Source: Eremomyces bilateralis CBS 781.70 (taxonomy: Eukaryota). Taken from it: DNA of 64,000 nt. The notes beneath the pieces are model-generated. The model searched no databases, was not told the DNA's origin, and saw only the letters and a list, made by a program, of their open reading frames with translations. Position numbers and translations under genes: made by a program. How positions within the stretch are numbered: position 1 is the stretch's first letter; every line of letters starts with the position of its first letter. This document shows, piece by piece, positions 21,024-34,590 of the stretch. The stretch lies in NCBI GenBank assembly GCA_010015585.1, contig ML975162.1; one strand, written 5' to 3'.

Positions 21024-23505
21024 CGTCGGAGCTTGGAAGGAGCGATAAGGGAGAAGACGGCGATCTCAGATGGTCACGACGGAATGGATGGGTTGTTCTG
21101 GAAATCGGGTCCCTAGATTGATTGGGATTTGTTCAGATCTGGATGGATTGTTTAGGTTGACTTCGTGAAAGTGACGTGAGGTTGGAGCCGTTTGCTTGGC
21201 ATAATTTGGCTGTCATCTACGTATTCTGTCAAGGGTCCAATAACACGAAGTCAGGTGTATCACGACTGGAGTTCACAACGTCGACTAGAATGTCAATTGT
21301 CAACTTGATCAGTACTCTCGGTGCTCGTCGCTCATGGTACCTACAGTATTGCTCAATTCTTAAAGTTCAAATCTGCTTCCTCATAATGCAGCTTAGTACT
21401 ACGTCATCTCTGAGGATCCAATCTGTCGAACTAATCCTTTCATTGTTGGATGCTCCCCCAGGCTACAGCCCACCATAACTCTCCGAGCATTTGCATGCAT
21501 TATTCGGGGATTCTAAACTATAAGAAAACTTCAATGGCTACGTTTGCTTTCTTTCACAGGGACTTCTTTGCGAGGTCTCTAGGATGCTAGTCTCATTGGT
21601 CTTCTTTCTCCGACCTGCATGATCCCCAATGGAAGTGTCGGGTTTGCTGAATCCCGCTGCTGAACCGGACGGAATATGCGGTCCGACAGTTGCACCTCCA
21701 AACAAGTTGACATGCAGACCTGCGAGTCAAGTATTTTTTTTGACAGCTGCAGAAACAGGCGTTGCATGCAGAAGCGAACCATGAAAAACATAACAATCCA
21801 ATCGGCAACTCCAGACTCCAGCACACTGGCGACGTCAGGCCTAGCTTCAAACCTAAATCGCAACGTACACGCGCGCTCGTGACTATACTCTACTATATTA
21901 TACTTCTTTAGTTGCTCTACAACGGCAAAGTATTTTCGAAGAGTCGAAAGTTGACACCAATCCTTTTATCATGGGCCTGAATTGGATAACATATCACCGA
22001 GCCAAGGGTCGACTGTCTAATAACTCCGTCTGACGATGTTGATTCCGTCTTCCGGCCCTCGAACACTTCGGTCTTTGCATCGTATAGGGGCAGATCTATG
22101 AAAAATGGAACCAAATAATGGTCATGAACTCGCATCTCGATACCCTCCGTCCCCGGGAGGCTGGAGTCCTGGTCCGATGCAAGTTGCAACAACTTTGACA
22201 ATTGACATGCGGAGTTGTCAAACCGTTCCCCGCATCATGGCGGTCCAATGCAGCATTGCAGCTATGCAGGAGGGGTCCAGGATGCACGGAATGGAGCCAT
22301 GGATGATGAACAGCTTGGACTTGGACCAATCCCAGCGCTATTACGCCATACGGTGATCCTGATCGATGGGAATAAGGTTCGATGTTTGGCAAAAGGGAGA
22401 TCTTACTGAAATAAGTGAAACGAATTTATCAACTCTATTGCAATCTCGCACTCATTACTGCCACGTTGGTTGTCTTACGCCCGGAACCGCGTTTGAACTT
22501 TGAAGCTGGGTATGGTGTGGGTGGACACCCCGGTCCCGAGACCTCCATCCAGCCCTCCACAAGTCCACATCGCTTCCTCAAAGGCCAAAAGTCGCAGCAA
22601 GCCGACAACAGGAGGGAGGGAGAACGAACTGAAAGATAGCTCAAGCACCTATACTCTCTACCACCCGTCGCAGCATCGCGCATTCAGAGCCTGGGAATCG
22701 GCGGGGTCCGCATCTTAAATCTGCGATACTCCCACCGTCCCACGAGATCTCTGAACGCTTGGGCCTTCCGCACTTTCATACCCAGAGATAGATCTCCCTG
22801 CCCGCCAATAGCATCTTGTCGATTCGACCTGTCAGCCACGATTTTGACCTCACCAATTACCTGTCCCGCATCTGCGGTCGAATCCTATCAGAAAGGCGGG
22901 GGTTTCATCGTCTGCTTCCATGAACTGCCAAGTTCATACCATGCCTTACGCTGGAGAAAGCGGGAGCAAAGCCGTCAATGTAGAAATGAAACGCTGGATA
23001 TCATTGAGCAAACGTTATTTGCTAACGCGCCAAATGCCAGGGTCTTGGCCGTGACCCTGTGACCCGCTTTCCTCCGCCGTTTCGGTCATGTTCCGCTACC
23101 GTACCAGGAACAAAGAGGCAAAAAAGAAAATCGGAAAACGAGCATCTGATTTCTGAATGCGTCGGTCTAGCGTCTGCATCCGATGTAGGGGCCGCGCCGC
23201 TTATCTTTTCTGCGCTTCCCTCGGGCCTATGGCCATATGGCGCAAACGGGGTACCCACCTGCGATAACCTTTACACATTTCTGTCGCATCTGATCGCGCA
23301 GACCCAGAAAAGGTTAAATACAACACGATCCCCCCCACCGACGTCAATTCGGATAGACGTTGGCTTCTAGACCATCTCTGACCATTGCTCCTTGTCCTAC
23401 GGGCGTTTGGCCTGTTCTTATATATCTATCATTGCGATCCTAGCGTTGCGCAAAAGCTAGGAAACTTTTCCTTGAATACCTTGGTTCATGCGATTTTGAG
23501 ACGGA

Positions 23506-25364
23506 ATGGGTTGGGTTCACAATACCAACCTTAGGGTTGCCCGGTCTCCGGTAGGGCGGTATTTCCGCCTGGAGAACTCGGGTCACGTATGTTCACTCAT
23601 TTCCTGAAAAGCTTTCCTGAATCTGAAGCTAACCATGCTGCGAAAATCTAGCCTAAGGAGCGCAAAGGCTCGTACTTCTTCACCGAGCTGCGCGCCGGTC
23701 TTGCGACTTTCTTCGCCATGGCCTACATCATCTCCGTCAATTCGAATATCGTCTCTCAATCCGGCGGAACCTGCGTTTGCTCGCCCGACAGCCCAGACCT
23801 GTGTGACTCCGACCCGGAATATATGCTCTGCGTTCAAGAGATCAACCGGGATATAGTCACCGCCACCGCAGCGATTGCAGCACTGACTAGTTTCATGATG
23901 GGACTACTTGCGAATATGCCCATTGCGCTGGCGCCTGGTATGGGGCTCAATGCCTACTTTGCGGTAAGTGCACATCCTCGACGTTGGGAGGATTATAAAG
24001 ATCTGACTCTTGGTTAGTATACTGTCGTGGGATATCACGGTTCCGGACTCGTCCCTTATCGAATTGCCCTGACTGCTGTATTCGTGGAAGGTTTCGTTTT
24101 CGTCGGACTTACGCTCATTGGGATGCGTCAATGGCTTGCTCGCGCCATTCCCCATTCCATCAAGCTCGCCACAGGTGTTGGTATCGGCCTCTACCTCACC
24201 CTCATCGGTCTTACCTATAGTGCCGGTATTGGCGCGATCACTGGATACAATGCGACCCCCATCGAGCTTGCTGGGTGCCGTCCAGAAGTAAAGGATGAGG
24301 ATGGCTTCTGCCCTAGCTATGACAAGATGCGGAATCCGACGATGTGGATTGGGATCTTCTGCGGTGGGATCTTGACGGTCCTTTTGATGACGTATCGCGT
24401 CAAGGGTGCCATCATCCTGGGTATCTTGCTCGTTTCGATCATCTCCTGGCCGCGTCCTACGTCCGTTACCTATTTCCCCCACACTGTACTCGGCGACAAC
24501 ATGTTCGACTTCTTCAAGAAAGTCGTCACTTTCCATCCCATCGGGAAGACTCTCAATGTCCTGGATTTCGATATCGCCGGCCACGGCGGTCAATTTGGCT
24601 TGGCTTTCATCACATTCCTTTACGTGGACATCCTCGACTGCACGGGTACTATGTACTCCATGGCTCGCTTCTGCGGTGCCATCGATGAGAGGACTCAGGA
24701 TTTCGAGAACTCCGCCATCGCCTATACCGTGGACGCCTTTGGTATATCCATTGGCGCGCTCTTCGGCTCTCCACCGTGCACTGCTTACATCGAGTCGGGT
24801 GCTGGTATCTCTGAAGGAGGCGCCACCGGTCTAACAGCCATGTTCACTGGAATTTGCTTCTTCATCTCCATTTTCTTCGCTCCCATCTTCGCGTCCATCC
24901 CACCCTGGGCGACCGGATGCACCCTCGTCATCGTCGGTTCACTCATGGCGAAAGCCGCCGCCGATATCAACTGGCGATACTACGGCGACGCCATCCCCGC
25001 GTTCATCACCATCGCCATCATGCCCTTCACCTACTCCATCGCGTACGGTCTGATCGGTGGCATCATGTCTTACATCATCATCAACGGCACCGTCTGGATC
25101 ATCGAGAAGGCGTCGTTTGGCAGGATCGTCCCGCCGAACAAGCACGAGAAGGATCCGTGGACCTGGAAGATCCCCGGTGGTTTCTTCCCGCCGTGGATCA
25201 GCCGTGTGGCGAGGGGGAAGAAGGACTTCTGGCGCGAGGACGTTGAGGAACACATCCGTGTGGTCCCGATAGAGGCGGATAAGGCGAGCGAGAACTCGAA
25301 CTCCGAGGCTACGAGGACGGTCGAGCTCGAGTCGAAGGGAGTCGAGGTGGAGAAGAAGGGATAG
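23506..25364 (+). CDS. azgA: AzgA-like purine permease (NCS2/AzgA family)
   Basis: Three exons. Motifs ELRAGLATFFAMAYIISVN, ANMPIALAPGMGLNAYFA, FLYVDILDCTGT, YIESGAGISEGGATGLTA and MPFTYSIAYG. Confidence 0.92.
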
Positions 25365-25772
25365 GTGCAAATGAGATTGTGGTGATATGTCCCCTGGCGC
25401 CCGAAACGTTCGTTTAAACTATAAGCTCGTCAAAATAATAGCGTCTTTAGGGGGGTTAGGGGAGAGGCATCAGTTCAGATATTGATATCCAAATTTTCAA
25501 ATTTAACTCTTGTATATGATCAACTCTGACATTGTCAGCGCTTTCGGTGTCGTCAAACAAATCCATGCAGAAACTCCCTTCGTCGGTAGGACGCTGCCGT
25601 CCCTCCCATCAGTGACCAGATTTGAATCCACAGTCATTGCAGGAATTCAGCCCAGCAATTGCTATGGTCCATAAATATTACATTATCCATGAAGCTAGGT
25701 CAGATTCGGCCTTTTGTTGCCACGGATTCCCTCGGAAATGCTCACAACAACCGCCAAAAATTTGATATTCAT

Positions 25773-25881
25773 GGCACGATGGCCGAGTTGGTTATGGCGC
25801 TAGGTTAAGGTCACCTTAATATCTGTGCCCCACAGTCTCCTAGTTCGGAAACGTACCTGGGTTCAAATCCCAGTCGTGTCA
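25773..25881 (+). tRNA. tRNA-Leu(AAG) with intron
   Basis: Acceptor stem GGCACGA/TCGTGTC-A; D arm TGGCCGAGTTGGTTATGGCG; anticodon stem CTAGG/CCTAG with TT-AAG-G; short intron after position 37; long variable arm; T arm CTGGG-TTCAAAT-CCCAG. Confidence 0.92.
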
Positions 25882-25884
25882 TTA

Positions 25885-25899
25885 TTTTTTGTTTTTTTT
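25885..25899 (+). terminator. Pol III oligo-T terminator
   Basis: T6-G-T8 immediately after the tRNA. Confidence 0.75.
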
Positions 25900-27943
25900 C
25901 CCTATCTTTTTGGATATGGAGATGTTGGAGAGGAGCAGTTCAAGGGGTTGGTCGGTGGTAATTGGGAGGGGCGCGGAGGGGGGATTTTCGCGGAGTCGTG
26001 GCGCAAGGAATTTGAGGCGTGCGTAGGGAAACGTCACGTGTGACGTGTGTCATTGGTCACACTAGAGGCCAAGTCGGCCAATCAGAATGGCCATGGGCGC
26101 TGGAGCTTGTTTGAGTAGGTCGACTAAAGGAAATATCTGGAATACTATACTGTGAATTGCAATTTCAATGGTCTTTCATCGCGATGGAGAAAGGTATATA
26201 TATATGAGTGGTAAGCATCAAGTGATTGCAGGGTTGTACCTTTTTGTTAAGATATGTCATTTTTGGGGATGCAAACCACCATTTCTCACCCTAGAAGGCC
26301 CCAGTCCAGTCCGATAGCTGCGATGAAGTCCATACCTTTGAGACTTTCCAATGCTTCTCACCTTACATCCTTACTTCTTATGGTCTACAATATAAAATAT
26401 TTAGTTTATCATTACACGCATTGATCAGTTTGGTGTTTCGTATGAACTATCCAATGAAAGAAGAGTACTGGCGAATGGAAAGATGCATTACCAGGAAGTT
26501 TGGCAACCAGCCGATGGCGACATGGAAGGGAGGATGCCGTTCAAAGCCGACAAAAAGCATTCAAACGGCTGGCAAGGGATAGTGACACAAGCATATTAAT
26601 ACTAGTCAATTGAGTGCTCTATCTGGGTCTCCTCGTATCACAATGTTGGCCTAATGCTGACCTCTGGCTGTCATAGACAGTACGAGCAGGTCTTAACATC
26701 CTATGCCCGGAAAAACCACATGTCTCATGATATGTATGAAGACCGTATCTATGAACATTGAACAGTCATCATCTGAACTACTGGAGCAGCTTAACCAAGC
26801 AGATTCCCCCATCTAAAACAGTCCAATTCAAGCCCTGATACACAATCGATCAGTCGACCATCCATCCAATCACAGCCTCCCAATTGTGGCCGCCTGTAAA
26901 GAAACCATTTCAAAACAGGATCCGGAATTGCCTACCAACCCCCCTAATTCGCGTCGGACGCGCCGGTGTCGCGTGGTGGGGCAGCCAATGACCACCGATT
27001 GGATCGAAGCAAAAGCTGTTTGCGGCGTTGCTCGGGGCGCGTTGCCGTCGCGTCGGTTAGAGTACCCAACCTTTTCGTGTTTGCAATTGCAATTGCACCA
27101 TCGATGCGTCTATTCCATCGCGATTTTATCGATCGGATCGGAAATTCCTCCATAAAAGACTGTCGAAACTCGATGCAAGTATCCCCCAAAGTAGCATCAA
27201 CCGCGAGCTGTCACTTATATACTGGTTGAGGCGGTCCACGTTGCACCATTCCTGAGCTGACCCAGCATGCATCGTCAAACCTTGTCCACCTGGAAAGTGA
27301 AAACCTACAACAAAAGTCACCGATATGAAGGTCGCAGGTTGGTCCATGTCGGTTCCCGATTATTCCGTCGCTCCATGCAACCAATGACGCTTGTTCGTCG
27401 TAAGGACTGTGCTTTTCTAGGCTTTGTAGTAAGTGGGAAGTGGGAAGATAGCTCCGGTCACTCATATAGCTCCGGTCACTCCATCTCCCGCTGAGGGGTT
27501 TCGGTTATTCTTAGGTGCCATGCTGTGGGGAGTGGATTGCATCATGATCGGAGAGGAGATCGGTGATACAGATCTTGGGTTCTAGAAGTCTACACGGGTA
27601 CGTGGTGAAAATTGTTATCAAAGGCGATACTTCTGGGCGATATAGGCACGGAATCTCTATGTAATGGTTCATTAATTCCTACAGCTAATTGCTATGCTAA
27701 ATGGCATGATATGCCATGATTGTGTAAACGCGATGGACGCTAGAAATGGGACATAATCCGAAAGCAATGGGATGTATGAGCAGGTGGCAGGTTATTACGA
27801 CCAAAATACTATCTGTCACTGCCCAAAGATGATGCCCCTCTAAGCATATAAACAGGTCGTTCCTTGTGACCTCGCCCCACGGATCTTGACCGCCCAGCGG
27901 TTCTCTCCATATCACACAAGTCATTCCTCGTGACCCTCATGAT

Positions 27944-29171
27944 TCATTTCGACGTCGGCAGCTCCCCTCCTAGCTCCATCCCCAACCCCTTCGGTCTCTC
28001 CTTCCCCTCGTCCATCGTCCGGTGGTCGAAGTTGACCCGCCGCCTCCCCGGTGTCTTCCCGCTGGGGGTCTTCCACGCCGCCTGGGCGGGACTCGGCGTG
28101 AAATGGAGGAAGTCCTCGAAGTTCACGGCGTTGGGGGTTTGGCTTCCGAAACCGAGGAAGCTGGCGGGGTTGCCTCCAGGAGTGGACATCATGGTGGATG
28201 GCAACGGGGTTTGTTTCGGCGGGGGTGTGGACGGGGCGTTGACTCGTGGTGTGCGGATGTTCGAGGTACTGTGGTTCGGTTGTGCCGGGGACGGAGACGC
28301 GGCAAGGTACATGAGGAGGTCCGCGGCGTCCTGTTGCGGAGCTCGTGGCTCGGTGAACGGTCGGCTGTGAAGACGCGAGGAGCGAGAGAAGCCGGGCGGA
28401 GGGGTGCGTGGGCTGCGGGCGGGCGGGGAGGAGCGGATTTGAAGTTTCGGGACACGGGGACCGCCCGCGGAGCCGGCATTGAATGAGAGGACGGGGAGGT
28501 CCTCGTCGTCGGTTTCGGAGGAGCAGACGGAGGTGGGCGTGGCGTCACGCGGCATGGAAGCAAATGAGATGTTGCTTCGGACAGGTTGGGTGGGGAAGGA
28601 GGAGTGTCGGTTGGGAAGAGATGGAGAGGATTGGGCAAGCTGGTAGGAGGACTTCCACGTCGACACTTTGGTGTGGCCAGCGCGGACTTTGGTTCGGGTA
28701 TGGGAGCTCGAGACGGGACGGCGGAGTTGGTCTGGATTGTAGAACTTCTTCCGTTTGTTCGAGCCGTTGATGGTGCTACCGGAGCGAGGGAGGTCGTCGG
28801 AGAACATGGGCCCTCCAAGGGGAGAAGAGTCCAGCATCCCAACAGGATAATACCGGTCGGAGATGCTGGACGAGCAATCGGACATGACGTCTCGAGACGA
28901 CGCCGGTCGTTTGCGTTTCAATTCCAAGTCGACCTTGGGTTCTATGGAATCGAGGCTCATGTTCTGCCATCCGTGCTGGATCTTGACGTTGGCAAGTGCC
29001 AATCGATTTTGCAGAGCTCTCGTCATCTACCGAGAATCCGGTAAGCGCTGGAGGTTTAAAGAAGCATTTCGGACATTGGGGCCTCACCTTTGATACTTGA
29101 GCTCTCCGTAACACCTTGTTAGCCACTTCGGCTGGTTGTTCTAAGCGCTCTGAAGAAGCCATGGCGGCCAT
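27944..29171 (-). CDS. Whi5/Nrm1-like G1/S transcriptional repressor
   Basis: GTB-like motif RALQNRLALANVKIQHGWQNMSLDSIE, AADLLMYLAASPSP, and many S/T-P CDK sites. Intron 29087-29027. 5' end uncertain. Confidence 0.7.
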
Positions 29172-31540
29172 TGTGAGAGATTTGACCACGCTGTTGCTAT
29201 GGTCAAGGAAGAGGTGGAGACTGGAGAGGGGATGAAGGATTCGAATGGGCGCTCGGGTTGGAGTGTTTCAACAAGCCAACTTCAAGGAGTCCACGTGAGG
29301 TGTAAGAGAAGTGACAGTAGGTGCAAGGACGATTTGTGTGAGACGGAATCTGACAAGCGGACACCACGGATGGTGGACAGTGAGTTTGTAACTTTGTGAG
29401 GCTGGAAAGGGAGGGAGCTGGTGCAAAGTGCAAGCCTGCAAGATGGTGGATGACTGACTTTGACTGGTCGCTGGTTGCTCGGAATGTAGGCCCTGTGGGC
29501 CAGGACTCAGGATATCGTGAAGGGAGGTTTAGTGTTAGTAAATAGAAGGAATTTCCAGGTTGGGTCTAGCACTGATTACATAACAGCTATCAATTAATGG
29601 CACGTGAGTTGGCGTTTCTAAGCACATGACTTTTTATTCTCCCCTGTTGAGTGTTGACCAGAATATTTCAACTCCTCCAGCCATCCCTTTTTGTTGCCTG
29701 TTCACCATTCACACAGGGAATTTTCTGTGGTGCAGCCTTTTAGTCAGATCCCATGCTCACTATGAACCTATGAAATAGGTACCATAGGTTCATCCGACAC
29801 AAAAGACACTCTGTAGTCAAACCAGTCCTGTATCAAACTGACGCTGCGAAGAGACAGGTTCATAGAAAATGTCAATCACGGGACTGGACAAATGACTTGG
29901 CTGTCCTCTATATCTAAACCAAATATTGGACTCTGTCATGGCTGTTAATTTAATGCTAATGTATGAAGCCTCAGAAGATATTGTCATCCCGTTATCGATT
30001 GAATTGTGTAGGGAGAATGGAATCATCTACTGATAATATCCCCTCCAGTACTCCTTATCGCACTTCACATCCCAATTTACACTCTTAACATGAATAGGCG
30101 CTGGAACTATTTATGCAACATTCGGTTGAGAAACCCAGGTCGCCATACCCCGTAACCCTCACCGAAGGCCTGGTCGCAAGCCTGCAAACCACAAACGAGC
30201 TCTTCCGCAGCACCCGCCCCCACCAATTGTCCGAATGGCAACGTCACTGGACCATGAACTGCCGTCGTACTGTGTATGCAGTGGAGGCGTTGGATCAAGT
30301 TGTGCATCGGCAATTGTGGCGTCCAGAGTCATTTCGCATTGATCTTTCCCCTATCTTGGCTTGAGATATGGGCACCTGGGTAGTCGAACATCCATTATAT
30401 AGAAATTGGAAGGATACCAATTACAGCAGAACTCATGAGAAACAAGGCTGTTTAATCACTACGAAACAAACCGAATCTGTGGAGACAGACACCAGAATCA
30501 CGATAGGTATGATCAATGTCTTCAATGATGACATGGATCTTGGCTCTTCGTTCTGGGCGTTTCACTGTTTCACTGTTTCACATGAGCAGTGAGCACCGAC
30601 ATGCACAGCATATCTGGCGGCATATGGGATACATCATACATGCTGAAATCTACTGATTAGAACACGCCTTGTTGATCAATCAGAAAGAGTCAAAAAGATA
30701 TGTCCAGTACGGGTAATACCTTCATTAAAGCATGTGCATCCGCCTATATCATTCCAACTGCACTCACATACCTAGGCAATCAAACAAGATCGGACCTGAT
30801 TAATGATTGCTTACTTTGCTCAGCCGGCAGGCTTTCCAGCCTGCTTTTAAGATCGGCACTAGTGCTAGGTAACTCCATTAATACATATCGATAACTATCC
30901 AAGGCCGATACGCATTTAGATTTTCAAACTTTACCCGGCGGCCCAACAAAGCACTTACGCACCACCCGCATCGGACTATTTCCACTTCCCCATGTCCTGT
31001 TCGGCCGTGTTCGTGTTGCGGTGTTGCCACCAGATAATCTCAGATAATCCTAGATTTCCTTCCTGGCCATTCTCACCTCCGGTGTATTACCTATGCTCCT
31101 TTTGCGGGTCAGCGAGCCGCTCAATCGCTGTCGATATCTGCCCTTGAATCTTGATACCGTCCACATCACATCATTTCCTAATTCCTGTTTCTTCCTCTCA
31201 TGCCTCTCCACTCCTGCCCTTCGTTAGGACCTAAGCTATTGCCATAGACCTTGTCCATTCGTTTCCACTTCGTCCCCGCCACCTTCGTCATAGGATCATT
31301 AGTGCTACCAGAAGCTTGTATTTCCTGGCGCCTGCAAAGCCTGCAATCAACCTGCGGCTCGCGATTGCTACGCTGTGGACAGAATAACGTCTGTGCCAAG
31401 GCGAGAGCCAGTTCCCTCGTTTACCTTTAGAAGATTGATAATATCGCGATTTCAACAACACCATCGACGCGACGCCAGACGACACCCGGTTAACACATCC
31501 CGATCGCTGCCTTGCCAGCCCGGGGAGCACCTTCTCCATC

Positions 31541-34102
31541 ATGCCTTCAATCCTCAAATCCGTCCGCGATCTGCGGAGGAGATCTCGAGCCAACCTGAAC
31601 CGCTCCACCACCTCTTTGAACGAATACGACACTCCCGACAATTCCTCAGGTAATTCTTCCAACGACTCTTCGAACACGCCCCGCCCTGCTGCCGCTGGAG
31701 ACCTACATCAATCCTCTTCCTCAAGTCTGAGCTTAATGACGACTCCTACATCTGCAACGCCGAGTGAATCGGGTAGCATCACAATTCGACCAAACGACGA
31801 CTCAATTCCTCCCCTTCCTTCGAAGCCAACACTCTCCTCGAATCGGAATAGCGTGATTGTGAGTTCTCCGGGATACAGACATATTAGACATATAGACGTT
31901 AACATCATATAGGGTTCTGTCGCTGGTGGTCCTCCTCCGGGAGAGAGAATGGCCGCAGCGAGTGGGCCTTTCGCGCCCAGAATCAGCTCACCCCGACCTG
32001 GCGAGCAGGTTTACCAGAAGGTGCTCCTCATCAATGGACAGATTGGCCAGAACCCAAACGAACTATCCGCGAGACCCCAAGGAGGACAACTGAAAGTTAC
32101 ACATCACCAGGATTCGTTTCCTGCAACACAATGGAAGGTGCAGGACTCCCAGTTCAAGGCACTGGTCCATCTCACACCGGGACCAAACAAGATCACTCTC
32201 CTCTTTGAGCCTACCCGTCATTCTCATGGCTCGCACCCTTCTCTAGGTTCTAGCCGAACAACAAAAGGGCACGAATCTTGGTTCATGATCTACTACGTTC
32301 CTCCGGAATCCCCTCCTCTACAGCTGGTGATGCTCCTGGGAAGCGATTCTCCGGGAACGTACGATGCCATTCCAGCGCGAGTGTCGGGCGAAGGCAATAA
32401 TCTGGATGTTGCAATTCGCAAATACCGGATGGCGGCATACATGTGGCAAGCATTTACGGCCGAGCAGATGCACCGGCATGGATTTGGACGGCGAACATTC
32501 CAATTCGAGGAGAGTTGGCTACACAGCAGCCTTTCCCTGCAGGAATACGAGACGGGCGTCATGCGCAGCCAGGCTACGGTGCATGTCATTCGTGTGGACA
32601 AAACCGTTGCAGAGCTCCGTGATCTGGAATATGCACAGCAGTATGCCAAGGCGACCAAGAAGTCAGAGCTGTTTAACATTGCAGCCGATGCGGTTCGGGA
32701 ATATTTTCGCCCTCGAAACGGCCAGAAGATCTACGTGTCGTGCATGTACCTCGATTCTCACTGGGATCCGCAGGTCAAGACGATCCGCGCCCATGCGGCT
32801 CTCGGAGGATGTTCTGGGGATGTCAACCTCGCCATCTTCGGCTCGCATTGTCTGCAAAGTTACCCGTCCTCGATCGAAGAAGTCCCGAATGCGCTCGTGG
32901 ACTGCACGCGAACCGATACCGCTCATGTCGCCAACGACGCAGGGGAAGCAGGCAGCAGCTGGGAAGCGGCGAATATTGGCATCGGCGCTCACATGCACGA
33001 GGTCGGTCACCTCTTCGGTTGCCCGCATCAGGAGTCCGGCGTCATGCAGCGCGACTATACCCGACTTCATCGGACATTCCTAACCCGCGAAGCCTTCTCG
33101 ACCCGCACCAAGCAGCAGGGCATGTACATCTGCAAACCATCTGATGAGTGCGGATGGCACCGTCTTGACGCCCTTCGATTCCGATATCATCCAAGCTTCC
33201 GGCTTCCGAAAGACCCTCCCATGGCGAATGCCGATTCCGGGATTCAAACGTTCTGTATCAAAGAAGGCGAGGCGCTCATTATGGCAACCTCAGGCATTTG
33301 TTTCATCGAGATCCGGACCGAGAGCGACGACATCTGCCATCATTGGTTGGATTTTACGGACGTGCAGAGAACCGACTACCTTCCCAAATCCTACCACCTT
33401 ACGGATGACGCACTCCGCAAATTGCTCCCCTCCCGCAGGCGCAAGTCGAAACTCAAAGTGTCCATCCACTCCATTGCGCTGAACGAGCACACCATCGACT
33501 GGGATAACTTTGCTTCCAAGAGCTCTCGTGTTGAACTGATGAAGGGCAGTCCGACGAAGAGCAATCTTCTCAGCAACCTCACGCGCCACGCAACATCGCA
33601 CGGCTTCCGCGGCAGCAAGCTCGGCCACTCGCAGCTCCCCGATTCCGAGGCCGGGGAGATCGTCTTCAACTCGGTGATCCCCCCCAATCGGTTCATGACG
33701 TCGATCAAGATCTACCACGGCAACTCCGTCGATGGCATCGAGTTCTGCTACGAGGATTCCACGAGCCAGCTGCTCGGAAAGCGCGGCGGCAAGCCCGGTG
33801 GTTCGGAGTTCAAGTTCGATACTCGGTCCGCCGAGCAGCTCTTCGGGTTCTATGTGAGGGCGGGCGCGTGGATCGACGGGATCCAGATCCTCGCCACGTC
33901 GGGCCGAAAGAGTGAGATCTTTGGGAACGCGACTGGTGGGAGTGGGTATGTTTACGAATCGTCCTGCCGAGACTCATATCGCTATGATGCTAACAACTTG
34001 TACAGGCATCGACTCGTCCCCCCTGCCAACTTTCAGATCTCTGGCGTCTATGGCTCCTGTGGGGCTTGGATGGATGGGTTCGGTGTAATCATCTCCCATT
34101 AA
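31541..34102 (+). CDS. Putative zinc metallopeptidase with a C-terminal jacalin-like domain (YIL108W-like)
   Basis: Zinc motif HEVGHLFGCPH; AHAALG; jacalin-like GKRGGKPGG...GAWIDGIQI...GSCGAWMDGFG. Introns 31859-31912 and 33946-34005. Confidence 0.85.
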
Positions 34103-34515
34103 GACCACTCGCCCTGCGTTTCTGCCGACATTCTTTTGTGAAGCTCCTCGTACACCCAGTGTGCTCTTTCTCAGCCGAGACGTCCCGAGCCTCTGAATTA
34201 AGGACCCCGCTTCTTCGAACCAAGCTGTTTCCGCTCGGATCCCAATACCATCGACCATCGAACCGCCCTTTCATACCGGCCGTTGTTCCTACCTGTTGTT
34301 GCGAGTCGAAATACCCTCCAACCCTATACATTATTCCCTCCCGCCATCACCAATCCCTTCGGTTCTGAGCGGCTCACCTTTGATTTTTATCGGTCTTCAG
34401 ACATCCCGGCGTTCCGCATCAATAGACAGCTTAAAACGGGGTTTTACGGTACATATGAAAGCCGTAACCAGCGAGCGGCTTTCTCTTCGCGCGAGCGGCA
34501 TACAACTTTCATCGG

Positions 34516-34590
34516 CGTTTCGTTTCGTTCCGTTTCGTTCCATTCCGCTTCGTTTCGTTCCGCTTCGTTTCGTTCCGCTTCGTTTCGTTT
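34516..34590. repeat. Pentanucleotide-based microsatellite (CGTTT/CGTTC/CGCTT) with a 15-nt higher-order unit
   Basis: The unit TTCCGCTTCGTTTCG occurs three times in tandem within a longer 5-mer tract. Confidence 0.85.

Noticed and set aside
21100..23400. Many short ORFs upstream of azgA
   Set aside because: No homology cues or coding-like composition; treated as intergenic/promoter sequence
27449..27484. Short direct repeat (TAGCTCCGGTCACTC twice)
   Set aside because: An isolated local duplication with no associated element
34516..34590. Regular repeat superficially like a CRISPR array or a coding repeat (RSASF)n
   Set aside because: No spacers and a eukaryotic context; it is a simple microsatellite, and the overlapping ORFs are its by-products
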